DNA of 64,000 nucleotides from Alphaproteobacteria bacterium. Its GTDB lineage: Bacteria; Pseudomonadota; Alphaproteobacteria; SHVV01. Within the stretch, counting starts at the first letter, position 1, and each line of letters starts with the position of its first letter. The stretch lies in the NCBI GenBank assembly GCA_965261735.1, contig OZ253470.1, forward strand, positions 512,001 to 576,000, in the 5' to 3' direction. This document shows, in pieces, positions 10,822-20,718 of the stretch. The notes beneath the pieces were generated by a model. The model did not search any database. It worked only from the letters and a program-made list of their open reading frames with translations, and was not told where the DNA came from. Position numbers and translations under genes: made by a program.

Positions 10822-11050
10822 TCACGCCGCCTCGAAATATCGCCCGGTCAAGCGGTCGTAGCGCAGCGTCACGGAACCGATTTGGCCGATCGACTTGAAC
10901 CGGACCTTGCGCACGTGGATTTCCGTCTTTGGCGGCATCACGCTCGGTTGCGATGCCCGACAACACCGATGTCGGCCTTGTTCACCCAATGCGCGCTGCC
11001 GGAGATGTCGTACCACGACACTCGTCGCGCAAGTCGATACGGCATTGTAG
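10822..11050 (-). pseudogene. C-terminal fragment of an SF4 (DnaB/T7 gp4/Twinkle-like) helicase
   Basis: YDISGSAHWVNKADIG...HR and, after a frameshift, EIHVRKVRFK.IGQIG.VTLRYD..TGRY. Confidence 0.65.
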
Positions 11051-11172
11051 GGGCACCGCGCCACCCCAAGATCGCAATTCTAGACCGGCCTTCCGCATCG
11101 ACGAGGTTGAGACCATAGCGCAGCAGGAAGTAGAGATCAGTTTGACAGAGTGTCCTTAGCTTCGCTATCCGC

Positions 11173-11205
11173 GGGTCGCAGGTTCGAATCCTGCCGGGCG
11201 CGCCA
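11173..11205 (+). tRNA. 3' part of a tRNA (Arg-like): T-arm, acceptor strand and CCA; probable att site, not a complete tRNA
   Basis: GGGTCGCAGGTTCGAATCCTGCCGGGCGCGCCA about 125 nt upstream of an integrase; no matching 5' acceptor strand (GCGCCCG) upstream. Confidence 0.75.
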
Positions 11206-11330
11206 AAGATTCCAACCGAAAAAATCAATGATTTCCCGAGGTTTTGGTCGGTGTTATGCTCGAAATACAGTCTTGTATCGTCCCATATCCTCCCGTATAA
11301 TCTCGTTCTTAATGTGGGATTAGATGAGGG

Positions 11331-12581
11331 GTGGATAAAATGGAGATACGCACGGAAGGCACCCCGAGGCGGCGCAAACCGCACGGAAAGCACCCCGAGG
11401 CGGCGCTGACAGCCGCCAAGGTCAGAACCGCCGGGACAGGCCGCTACGCAGACGGCAACGGGCTGTTCCTGCAAGTTGATCCGTCGGGCGCACGGCGGTG
11501 GGTACAGCGCATCGTGATTCGTGGGAAACGCCGCGATCTCGGGCTCGGCAGTTGTTCTCTGGTCACGCTCGCCGAAGCTCGCGAACTCGCGCGAGAGAAT
11601 CGCAAGATCGCTCGCAACGGCGGCGACCCACACAGGAACCGACAAACCCGGATCGTCCCGACACTCGCCGAAGCCTTCGAGGCGGTGGTTGCGATCCGCC
11701 GCCCCACGTGGACGGACGGCGGCAAGTCCGAAGGTCAGTGGCGCGCGTCGTTCCGCGATTACGTTTTCCCGCGCTTGGACCGGCAACCGGTCGACTCCAT
11801 TGACACGCCCGATGTGTTGGCCGTCCTCACACCGCTTTGGAGCGCGAAACCCATGACGGGGAAGCGCGTCCGCCAGAGGTTCGGCACTGTGATGAAGTGG
11901 GCTATCGCGCAAGGCTTTCGCTCCGACAATCCCGCAGGTGACGCCATTGCCTTAGCGCTTCCAACGAAGAACGGCGGTACGAGGGCGCATCACGCGGCTC
12001 TTCCCTGGAACGAGGTACCCCGCTTCCTCGAGTGCTTGCACGTCGCCAAGACGCGGCCTCTCGTCAAGTCCGCCATCGAGTTCGCCATACTGACGGCTGC
12101 GCGTTCGGGCGAAGTCCGGTTGGCAACCTGGGCCGAAATCGACGTGGACGCGCGGGTGTGGACGATCCCCGCCGAGCGCATGAAGGCAGGCCGCGAGCAC
12201 CGGGTTCCTCTGTCGGTACGCGCGCTGGCCATCCTCGACGAGGCACGCACCCTCGACGACGGAAGCAGTCTGATCTTCCCGTCGTCGCGGCGCGGGCGTC
12301 CGATGGATGCCGCGCGGCTGTTGAGGCCGCTTCGTAACTTGGGCTTCGACGCAACTCTCCACGGGTTCCGCTCATCGTTCCGTGACTGGTGCGGTGAGGC
12401 CACGAACACCCCGCGCGAAGTCGCCGAGGCGGCGTTGGCACACGTGGTATCGAACGCGGCAGAAGCGGCCTACGCACGCTCCGACCTGTTCGAGAAGCGC
12501 CGCCCACTGATGGATCGGTGGGCCGCGTTCATCGCCGGCGAGGATGGCAGGATCATCCCCATGGCGGCTCGGCGTGACTGA
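11331..12581 (+). CDS. P4-like tyrosine integrase
   Basis: Arm-binding N-terminus (YADGNGLFL..., GLG), TAARSGE, HGFRSSFRDW, LAH, AY.RSD. Confidence 0.93.
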   Translation: MDKMEIRTEGTPRRRKPHGKHPEAALTAAKVRTAGTGRYADGNGLFLQVDPSGARRWVQRIVIRGKRRDLGLGSCSLVTLAEARELARENRKIARNGGDPHRNRQTRIVPTLAEAFEAVVAIRRPTWTDGGKSEGQWRASFRDYVFPRLDRQPVDSIDTPDVLAVLTPLWSAKPMTGKRVRQRFGTVMKWAIAQGFRSDNPAGDAIALALPTKNGGTRAHHAALPWNEVPRFLECLHVAKTRPLVKSAIEFAILTAARSGEVRLATWAEIDVDARVWTIPAERMKAGREHRVPLSVRALAILDEARTLDDGSSLIFPSSRRGRPMDAARLLRPLRNLGFDATLHGFRSSFRDWCGEATNTPREVAEAALAHVVSNAAEAAYARSDLFEKRRPLMDRWAAFIAGEDGRIIPMAARRD

Positions 12582-12831
12582 GGACGCCGGAACAAGCGGG
12601 CCGGAAGGGATGGATTCCGCCCGGCATGTGCTCGACTGGGGTCCACCGCCCTGCCCCAAGGGAGGTCTCGCGGACAGAAAGGATGTCGTCGTTGCGGAGA
12701 TTCGCGAATTGTGGACGAGCTTCGATAAGGTGGACATACCCGCAGCCATCGCTGCCGCACTGATTCAGTGGGCCGTACAGCATCCCCCTGGCGACAAGCC
12801 GTTCCCCGTCATCCGGGGAGGCGCGGCATGA
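12574..12831 (+). CDS. Hypothetical satellite protein
   Basis: GTG start overlapping the integrase stop, same orientation. Confidence 0.4.
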   Translation: MTEDAGTSGPEGMDSARHVLDWGPPPCPKGGLADRKDVVVAEIRELWTSFDKVDIPAAIAAALIQWAVQHPPGDKPFPVIRGGAA

Positions 12832-12856
12832 TCCCGATACCCACGACGGATTCAAG

Positions 12857-13249
12857 TTGGCAAATAGGCTCCTCGAGGGGCGCAACGTGATGCTGGGCGC
12901 CGACGCACTTAAGCGGCACGACCCAGTCCCTGACATCATCATCCAAGGTGCTAACTTACCGACGAAACGCAGGCGCGGATCCCAGCCCAAGCCGGAACGC
13001 TGCGAGTTCTTAGCGATCGAGGTTGCGAAAGCGTCATGGGTCACCGGCCTGAAGCTGACGCGCGAAGACGCCGAGGCGCCCGATGAACACACGTCGACAA
13101 GTGATATCCCCAGCGCTGTCGACCTTGTCGCGCGCGCGACCCAATTTTCCTACCGACATGTCTTGGAAGCTTGGTCCACCCCTATTGATGGCCGACTCGC
13201 TCGGTATCTCTTGGAACGGTGGGAGCGCGAATCGAACGAACCTGGTTGA
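12857..13249 (+). CDS. Hypothetical satellite protein
   Basis: Open frame between the integrase and alpA; start uncertain. Confidence 0.4.
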   Translation: MANRLLEGRNVMLGADALKRHDPVPDIIIQGANLPTKRRRGSQPKPERCEFLAIEVAKASWVTGLKLTREDAEAPDEHTSTSDIPSAVDLVARATQFSYRHVLEAWSTPIDGRLARYLLERWERESNEPG

Positions 13250-13422
13250 ACGACGGTGAAGTCAAATAGGATTTGAGTTCACACGACATGCGGAACAATT
13301 CGGGGTGATAGTGCGTGGCAGATGTTCACTCACGATAGAGGCACCAATGAAGACCTCCGCCAAACCGACCACGATTGACCCCATGTTGAAACCTAGCGAA
13401 GTCGAGCAGATGGTCGGCCTGT

Positions 13423-14505
13423 CTAGTGGATTGATTCCAACGTTTGGAACCCTCTGTTTCGTGCGGCGATGATATGATCGGGGTCGGCTTTCCAGATGAA
13501 GGGTTTTGGGTTTGCGTCATTGTATTCGCGGACAAATCGGTTGATGGCGGCCTGAAGGTCGACGACGGATTGGAAGACGCCGTATTTGAGCCTGCGCCGC
13601 GTTAGTTTGGCGAAGAAGCCCTCGACGGCATTGAGCCACGAGCACGAGGTTGGCGTGAAGTGGAAGGTCCAGCGTGGATGGCGGGCGAGCCAGGCGCGGA
13701 CCTTGTCCTTCTTGTGCGCGGCGTAGTTGTCGAGGATGACGTGGACGGCCTTGTCCGTCGGCACCTCGCGCTCGATGCGGTTGAGGAAGCGGATGAACTC
13801 CTGATGGCGGTGGCGCTGCATGTTCTGTGCGATGACCGTACCGTCCAGCACGTTGAGCGCGGCGAACAGCGTCGTCGTGCCATGCCGTTTGTAATCATAG
13901 GTCATCGTACCGGCGCGGCCCTTCTTCATCGGCAAGCCGGGTTGGGTGCGGTCGAGCGCCTGGATCTGTGATTTCTCATCAACCGACAGCACCACGGCAT
14001 GGGCCGGCGGATCGACATACAAGCCGACGATATCTGTGAGCTTCTCGGCGAAGGCGGGATCATTGGAGAGCTTGAAGTGCCGCCAGCGGTGCGGGCTGAG
14101 GCCATGGGCCTTCCAGATCGCTTGGACCGTCGACGCCGCGACGCCAGCAACCTTCGCCATCGCGCGCAGCGTCCAGTGGGTCGCCTCGTGCGGCGGCGCT
14201 TGCTGGGTCAGGCGGACGATCTCGGCGACGCGCTCCGGCGGGATCGGCGCTTTGCCAGGCGGACGGGACCTGTCGCGAAGCAAGCCGTTGACACCCTCGT
14301 GCATGAACCGCTCCTGCCAGCGCCAGACACAGGTCTTGGACTTGCCGGTCTCGGCCATGATCGACGAGTTCCCGAGCCCCTCGTCGCTCTTCAGGATGAT
14401 CCGCGCCCGCCAGACATGTTTCTGCGAGCTCTTCGGGTCCGCGACGATAGCTTGCAATCGCTGACGGTCGCCAGACGTGACAGTAAAATGGATGCCGGTG
14501 CGCAT
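13423..14505 (-). CDS. IS630 transposase
   Basis: VDEKSQIQAL, YKRHGTT, ILDNY..HK, SWLN.VE; the stop codon is formed with the target TA. Confidence 0.93.
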   Translation of the reverse strand: MRTGIHFTVTSGDRQRLQAIVADPKSSQKHVWRARIILKSDEGLGNSSIMAETGKSKTCVWRWQERFMHEGVNGLLRDRSRPPGKAPIPPERVAEIVRLTQQAPPHEATHWTLRAMAKVAGVAASTVQAIWKAHGLSPHRWRHFKLSNDPAFAEKLTDIVGLYVDPPAHAVVLSVDEKSQIQALDRTQPGLPMKKGRAGTMTYDYKRHGTTTLFAALNVLDGTVIAQNMQRHRHQEFIRFLNRIEREVPTDKAVHVILDNYAAHKKDKVRAWLARHPRWTFHFTPTSCSWLNAVEGFFAKLTRRRLKYGVFQSVVDLQAAINRFVREYNDANPKPFIWKADPDHIIAARNRGFQTLESIH

Positions 14506-14574
14506 AGCACAGACTCGCATGACACCGCACAATACGGAATCTCAAATCGGACTCTTTCGTTCCGATCAATCCAC
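13426..14574 (-). mobile_element. IS630-family element
   Basis: IRs GTGGATTGAT...ATCAATCCAC; TA duplication at 13424-25 and 14575-76. Confidence 0.92.
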
Positions 14575-14765
14575 TAGACAGCGCTTGTACGTCTTAATGA
14601 AGGACAAAGCTGATCCCTTTCCCGTCGGAGTGCGGGTAGGCCACCGAGCAGTCCGGTGGAGAATGTCCGAGGTCGAGGCGTGGTTGTCGCGCCGCCCCAC
14701 CGCCGGGCCACGCAATTTCGTGGGAGTGGGAAACATCCACACTCACGCAGCGGCAGAATGACCCG

Positions 14766-15179
14766 ATGGCTACGAAACGAAGACGCTTGCCCGGTGTGGT
14801 CCACCGGGGCGGGCGCTGTGCTTCATATTCGAGTCCACGAGAAGCGACCGCAACAGTGGCCCGCGCCGGCACCCGCGGCAAGGCTGGTCCGGACTTCGCG
14901 GAAGTTAACGCGGCCGCGCTCGCATGTCTCCCGGCGCTGTGTGCTCGCTGGCTTCCGGACGGCTTTCGACGCGGCAACGAGTGGATAGCCAAAAACCCGA
15001 GGCGCGAGGACCGGCGGCCGGGATCATTCTCCATCAACCTGACGACGGGCCGGTGGGCCGACTTTGCGCTTCCCGACGCCAAGGGTGGCGATCCGATAAG
15101 CCTTACCGCGTATCTCGCCGGCCTGTCGCAAGCCGAGGCGGCACGCAATCTTGCCGAAATGCTGAGGGTGGCGTCATGA
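14766..15179 (+). CDS. Primase-associated N-terminal domain protein of a P4-like satellite
   Basis: NP.R.D..PGSFSIN..TG.W.DFA...GGD.I.L pattern; lies directly after alpA. Confidence 0.6.
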   Translation: MATKRRRLPGVVHRGGRCASYSSPREATATVARAGTRGKAGPDFAEVNAAALACLPALCARWLPDGFRRGNEWIAKNPRREDRRPGSFSINLTTGRWADFALPDAKGGDPISLTAYLAGLSQAEAARNLAEMLRVAS

Positions 15180-15485
15180 CAGACTTCGGCAAGGGCAAGA
15201 TGTTCCACCGCCTGTCTCCAGACGATCGCCGGGCGGGCGAACACGCCGTACGCGCTGGCGAGAAGGACGATTACACGCCGGTCATCCCTGTTCCGAAAGA
15301 CGCGCCCGCCCCCGATTGGAACAAATTGCGACCGAAGGAAGCCATCGGCGATCCGGTGGGGACCTGGCGCTACCACACGGCGGAAAACGAGCTTGCTTCC
15401 TATGTGGCCCGGTGGGAGCCCAAGGACCCTAACGGCCGCAAGAAGAAGGTCATCCGCCCCGCGACCTGGAACGGCACCGAGTTCT
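15176..15485 (+). pseudogene. Truncated primase/replication protein N-terminus
   Basis: W.YH.......YVAR.....G.KK.IRP.TW pattern; ATGA overlap with the previous gene; runs into an unrelated minus-strand fragment. Confidence 0.5.
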
Positions 15486-15489
15486 TTTT

Positions 15490-15750
15490 CGGGGCCCTCG
15501 CAGGTCGCCAGTATCTGCGCGAGATCGCCGTAAAGTTCGGCCCGGAGGCCACCCTCGACGGGCGTCAGCACGATCCGGTCGATCAGGCTGCGGATGATCT
15601 CGGTCGCCTCGGCCTTGATCGCGGGCTCGTTGAGCGCCTCGGTGATGCGTTCCACCTTGTCACGGTAGACCTCACCCAGCTTCGGATGCAGGCGCAGTAA
15701 CGGCGCAGGACCGGTCCGCGCCAGGTCTTCCTCGAGATCGACCTTCTGAC
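15490..15750 (-). pseudogene. C-terminal fragment of a large serine recombinase
   Basis: LHPKLGEVYRDKVE.....L......EA.EIIRSLIDRIVLTP...GLRAELYGDLA.IL. Confidence 0.65.
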
Positions 15751-16513
15751 GCTTGCCGCTCTCCGGCATGGGGCCGAGATAGAGGGTCTTCAGGCGCTTG
15801 CCCTCGGCGTCGTGGAAGGAGACCGTGCCGCAGGCGGCCTCGCGCCAGGAGGCCTTGGCGCGACCGTCCTCGCCGGGTCTCAGCGGCACCATGACGCCGT
15901 CGAGGGAGACCGAGGCGGGTCGCGTCCTGCGGTATGCCCTCGGCCTCACGGATGCTGCCCAGCGTCTCCGGGCCGAGGCTCTCCCAGCATTCGTGCATGC
16001 TCAGGGTCAGGCGCTCACCGACGGCGTCATGGCGCCGGTCTTCGCAAAGAACGCCGCCGCTTCCCGGGCCGTGCAGCGACCCATCATCAGCAGACCGAGC
16101 TCGGCCGCCGGCCGCGTCAGGTAATCGTCGACGAGGCCCAGGCTCTCGTCGACCGGCACCGGCGATGCCCCGCTCGCGCCGCTGCGGTAACGCGCTCGCC
16201 GGTAGGTCACCGGACCGAGCGAGGTCATGATCGTCTTCGGCGTCACCGCGACCCGGAACCAGCTCTGCCCGTCCCGCTCGATCCGGGAAGCGCCATCGTC
16301 CCGGTTCTCGATGACGGCGCCCATGACATCGCGAGCGAACTCGTTCGTGGCCTCACGCACCCGCAACTCGACCTCCTCGGGCGCCTCGGGGCGCGGCTCG
16401 GAACGAAGCTCCTCGCGACACAGTGCGAGCACCCGGGCGGCCGCCTCGACGACCCGAGGAGGCAGGCCGGAAAGATCGATGGACGAAGGCGCCGGAGGCG
16501 GGGATACTGCCAT
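15750..16513 (-). pseudogene. Frameshifted, truncated DDE transposase (ISKra4/ISLre2-like)
   Basis: T.LGPVTYRRARY, P.DE.LGL, VSLDGVMVP, REA.CGTVS. Confidence 0.6.
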
Positions 16514-16724
16514 GGGAATGCCCCCGATGTTGGGTTTCGAGACACGGCATCGTACCGCTTCTGGCGGTGCGGAGCGTTCCCACCTTCCCCTGCTCGACCC
16601 TGCCGTCGTGACAAAATCCTGCCTTGGAGCGGCCCATTGTCACGAATAGCCGTTTTCGGCCGTTCGTCTCGACACAAAAACCGCACTAAATCAATGACTT
16701 GGATTTTCCATACCAGACCCACAC

Positions 16725-17338
16725 CCGGCGTGCCGGCGCTTCTACACCTCCTCGACGGCGAGACGATAGCGCGGCCGCCGTTTGCGCCGCCGGTCCTCAA
16801 GGCGGGCAAGCTCATTATCGCTCAAACCAGTAACATCCTAATGTACCTCGGCACACGCCATCGTTTAGCGCCGGCAAGCGAAGCAGGACGGATGTGGGCG
16901 CTCCAGCTGCAGCTGACGATCGCCGACCTCGTTCAGGAGGCACACGACACCCACCACCCAATCTCCGGAGGCCTGTACTACGAGGAGCAGCGTCGCGAGG
17001 CCCGACAACGCACCGCCGAATTTCTGAAGACACGAGCACCGAAGTACCTTGGCTACTTCGAGCGTGTACTGGCCCGCAACCCGGCCAGCGACCGGTATCT
17101 GATCGGGGGAAAGCTCACATACCCCGATCTCTCGCTGTTTCAGGTCGTCGCCGGGTTGCGCTATGCGATCCCGCGCGCAATGGCTCGCTTCGAGAAGAAG
17201 CATCCTCGGACCGTGGCCTTACATAACAGCGTGGCTGCACGTCCCCGCATCGCCGACTACTTGGCCTCGAAGCGTCGGATCCCGTTCAACCAGGAGGGCA
17301 TCTTCCGTTACTACAAAGAGCTCGACGCCAACGCCTAG
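16725..17338 (+). pseudogene. Glutathione S-transferase, 5'-truncated
   Basis: PPFAPP.LK.G...IAQT.NIL.YLG, HDTHHPI, LTYPDLSLFQ, FRYY.ELD; the N-terminal catalytic segment is missing. Confidence 0.8.
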
Positions 17339-17464
17339 ACCCTGTATCGCATCCGCTGATGCGGTGGCTCGCACTCACAGGCGTTGGTCTGCGCCGTCAC
17401 CCTGGTCGCAGAAGCCCGCATGGGCGCTCTCATGCGCATGGGGGCAAAGCGGACATTACCGCTC

Positions 17465-17515
17465 GAAGGTCGCCTTTCGGGGGTAGAGCGGTCGTACCGG
17501 CGACCCGGTAGGGAC
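17465..17515 (+). repeat. Dispersed REP-like repeat, copy A (continues at 20032-20057 beyond the IS1595)
   Basis: Aligns by eye with 25902-25978. Confidence 0.6.
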
Positions 17516-18254
17516 CTCGCCTATCCGGTTTACACCCACACCCACTAGGGCTAGAATGGGCGCAACCCGGATATAGGGGAGCGCGCCATGGATGTTCTCG
17601 ACCGCGCCGATCTCCCATTCCCGCATTCGCTACCCGAGTTCCAGCGACTTTTCCCCGATGATGCGGCCTGCGCCGCCTACCTGGAGAAAGCCCGCTGGGG
17701 AGACGGCTTTGCCTGCCCGCACTGCGGCACGGCGGGAGAGCCGTTCCACTTTGAAAACCGCCCTGGCGTCCTGCGCTGCCGCAAGTGCCGCCAGAACACC
17801 GGGCTGACGGTGGGAACAGTGATGGAGCGTAGCCACACTCCGCTGAACGTCTGGTTCTGGGCCGCTTATCTGGTCGCCAGTCAGACGCCCGGCATGTCCG
17901 CCGTGCAGTTTCAGCGGCAACTTGGTCTTTCGCGCTACGAGACGGCCTTTCAAATTCTCCACAAGCTCCGCTCGGGCATGGTGCGGCCCAACCAAGACAG
18001 GATCGGTGGACAGCCCAAGAACCATGTTGAGGTGGACGAAACCTGGGTTGGCGGGCGAACGCGTGGGGAAGGCCGTGGTGTTCACCACAAGGTTCCCGTC
18101 TCCTGTGCCATCGAGGTGCGTCATCGAAAGCCGGGCACCAAGCTCGACAACCGGAAAGACGGACGCTATGCCGGATGCGTTCGGCTCGCCGTCGTGCTCG
18201 ACCGTAGCGCCGAGTCGCTCTGTGGGTTCGTCGAGAGCACCGTCGCGCCGGGAT

Positions 18255-19648
18255 GGTTGTGTCTCGAAAGTGGTGGAAATTGGTTTTGGCGCCTCTCCGA
18301 GCGGGTTGAGTTTTGCGGCGGTCAGGCTGCGCGGTCAAGGGTTTCGTCGGCGATTAGCTGATCGAGGGTTTCCCATCCATCGACTTTGCGCATCTGGATT
18401 TGGCCGGAAGCGAGGAGTGCCCAGAGGAGCATCGGCACTGTTTCGGGACACGGCAGCACGGTCTGTGTTTTGATCCGGCGCTTGAACTCCTCGTTGAGAC
18501 GCTCAATGGCGTTGGTCGTTCGGGCTGATTTCCATTGGCTCTTGGACAGGCGCGTGAAGGTAAAGAGCTTGTCGCCCGCTTCTGCGAGGCTGTCCGCGAC
18601 GGCCCTGCATTTCAGCCGCCACTTGCGGACAAACGCCTTGCGGCGGGTTTCCACCTCGGAGGCAGTGTCGGCATAGATCATATCGCGGTAATCTTCGCTC
18701 AGCTCGTCATGCATGTGTTTGGGAGCATGACCCAGAAGGTTGCGGTGCTTGTGCACGGTGCAGCGTTGAACGGGAAGGTCATCGCCCCAAAGCGCCGACA
18801 GAGCCGCCTCCAGTCCCGGCGCGCCATCGACGATGACAAACCCGGGCCGTTTCAGTCCACGCGCATCAAGGTCGTCGAGGAACTGGCGCCACGCCGCCTG
18901 GCTTTCTCCGCCCATATTCCCGATCGAAAGCAAGACCTTCTGGCCATCCCGGCGCACCCCTATAGCCGCGAGAACCGAGATGTTGGTGGCCTTGCGGTCC
19001 AGTCGGGTCTTGATCACAGTGCCGTCAAGGATCAGCCGAACGATATCCTCATCCGCGAGGCCACGGCTGCACCAGGCGTCCCAATCGACCTTCACCTTGC
19101 GCCACGCCCGGCTCACAACGTCCTTGCTCACAGCACCCCGGAAGAGCCCGAACAGCGCGCGTTTCACCCGCCGCGTGTTGGTTCCGGACAGATACACCGA
19201 AGCGATCAGCGCCTCGGCCTTTCTGGTCAGCCGCTGGTAGCGCGGCAGCGCCCGCGAACGCCATTCCGACGCCCGACCGTCTTCCTCAACGATCCGCGCA
19301 CGCGGCACGCTCACCCTCTCGGTCCCGAATGTCCCCGTCAGTTGCCGCTCCCGGTGCCCGTTCCGATACCCTTGCCGAAGCGCGTCCTCTCGACCGTATC
19401 GGCAGCGCCCGAGAAACTGCGCAAGTTCCTCCTCAAAAACGGCCTCGATCGTGGATCTGATGTTCTCCCGCAGCCGGTCCTCGAGCGGATCATAGCCGGC
19501 GTCATTGGCCAGTAGCGAAAGCGCGGAAGTCTCGGTAGTGTTCTTCATGGCGTGATCTCCTTGGCGGTGCTAGCCGCCGATTGGGTGGTTGTCTTGTCAC
19601 CCGGAGATTACGCCATCCTCAAATTTCCACCACTTTCGAGACACAGCC
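18255..19648 (-). mobile_element. IS256-family element nested in the IS1595
   Basis: IRs GGTTGTGTCTCGAAAGTGGTGGAAATT / AATTTCCACCACTTTCGAGACACAGCC; 9-bp duplication CGCCGGGAT (18246-54, 19649-57). Confidence 0.92.
18322..19548 (-). CDS. IS256 transposase
   Basis: RNG...R, LILDG, VDG..GL, QRC..H, TTN.IER.N.E.KRR. Confidence 0.93.
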   Translation of the reverse strand: MKNTTETSALSLLANDAGYDPLEDRLRENIRSTIEAVFEEELAQFLGRCRYGREDALRQGYRNGHRERQLTGTFGTERVSVPRARIVEEDGRASEWRSRALPRYQRLTRKAEALIASVYLSGTNTRRVKRALFGLFRGAVSKDVVSRAWRKVKVDWDAWCSRGLADEDIVRLILDGTVIKTRLDRKATNISVLAAIGVRRDGQKVLLSIGNMGGESQAAWRQFLDDLDARGLKRPGFVIVDGAPGLEAALSALWGDDLPVQRCTVHKHRNLLGHAPKHMHDELSEDYRDMIYADTASEVETRRKAFVRKWRLKCRAVADSLAEAGDKLFTFTRLSKSQWKSARTTNAIERLNEEFKRRIKTQTVLPCPETVPMLLWALLASGQIQMRKVDGWETLDQLIADETLDRAA

Positions 19649-20252
19649 CGCCGGGATCGCTGATCGTTACTGACGATTGGAGCGGCTATGCTGGCCTCGG
19701 TAAGCGCGGCTATGAGCACTTCGCTGTTGCCGAGTGTGGTGATCCAGAGGTTGCCGAGCAATACCTGCCGATCATCCATCTGGTTTTCGCCAACCTGAAG
19801 ACGTGGCTGATCGGTATCCACCACGGCGTTAGCCACCAGCACCTACAAGCCTACCTCAACGAGTTCACCTTCCGCTTCAACAGGCGGTTCTACCCGTTCA
19901 ACGCCTTCCGCTCATTGCTCGGCATCGCGGGCGACACCTCTGCTCCAACCTATGCCGAGCTTTACTCGGGAGAGTGGCGGCACCCTACATGTAGCGGTCA
20001 TGGGCGTTAACCGGATAGGCAAGGTAGGGACTTCGCCTCTTAGCCAGCAGCAGACCTGGCGCAGACCTGGCGCACACCGCTGCATAGGTCCGCTCCCGGC
20101 CCTGAAGCGGGCATGATCGGCCGGAAAGCGGACATCCCGTCACCAGTGTTGGGTTGATGTACGATGCCCATGCTCCCCGACTCCGCCGAGCCCCCGGGCA
20201 CTCTCTGCGGTGCCTCGAGGTTGCCGCGCATCCTTGCGATTGAAGCGGGTGG

Positions 20253-20711
20253 TCAGCCCGTGGGCGCGGTGATCAGATAGACGCCGCGTCCGCTCGCGAC
20301 CAGCTTGCCGTCGGCGCCGCACACGGTGGCCTCGGCGCTCGAAAGCGTCCTTCCCAGGCGCAGCACCCGCCCGCGCGCGGTCAGATCACCCTTCGTCGCC
20401 GCGCCATGGTAGTCGATCCGCACGTCGATCGTGCGCACGCTGCGGCCCAGTTTGGCGGCGATGGCGTAATCGGCTGTCGTGTCGACGATGGCGGCCAGGA
20501 TTCCGCCGTGAGCATAGCCGCGAGCCGGATTGACGACGTACTCCTCGCGCCAGCTCACGCCGATTTCGATCGCCTCCTCGTCGAGGTTCAAGAGCCTGAC
20601 GCCGAGCCAGCGGTGGAACGGTGCCATTCGCAGCATTTCCTCAAGCCGCTCGGCGTCCACGACATTAGGTGCCATCGCCTCACTCCGTTCGCTCATGTCG
20701 CGCAACATCAC
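20253..20711 (-). CDS. PaaI-family hotdog thioesterase
   Basis: PF..WLG, AHGGILA.IVD, T.D.RIDY, G.LVASGRG. Confidence 0.88.
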   Translation of the reverse strand: MMLRDMSERSEAMAPNVVDAERLEEMLRMAPFHRWLGVRLLNLDEEAIEIGVSWREEYVVNPARGYAHGGILAAIVDTTADYAIAAKLGRSVRTIDVRIDYHGAATKGDLTARGRVLRLGRTLSSAEATVCGADGKLVASGRGVYLITAPTG

Positions 20712-20718
20712 TTCCAGA

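Larger units (their letters stand above)
13347..14761 (+). pseudogene. alpA: AlpA-family excisionase/regulator split by IS630
   Basis: Removing the IS and one TA copy gives MKTSAKPTTIDPMLKPSEVEQMVGLSRQRLYVLMKDKADPFPVGVRVGHRAVRWRMSEVEAWL. Confidence 0.85.
17516..20023 (+). mobile_element. IS1595-family element, copy 1 (transposase 17588-20010 split by IS256)
   Basis: IRs CTCGCCTATCCGGTT / AACCGGATAGGCAAG; 8-bp duplication GTAGGGAC (17508-15, 20024-31); Zn ribbon, VEVDET, TDDW and YLNEF.FRFN motifs. Confidence 0.92.

Noticed and set aside
11130-11205. Complete functional tRNA
   Set aside because: Only the T-arm, 3' acceptor strand and CCA are recognisable; there is no complementary 5' strand or clear anticodon arm
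14594-17338. 451-aa (minus) and 508-aa (plus) ORFs as novel fusion proteins
   Set aside because: Chance read-through across unrelated fragments (transposase, recombinase, antisense primase, GST)
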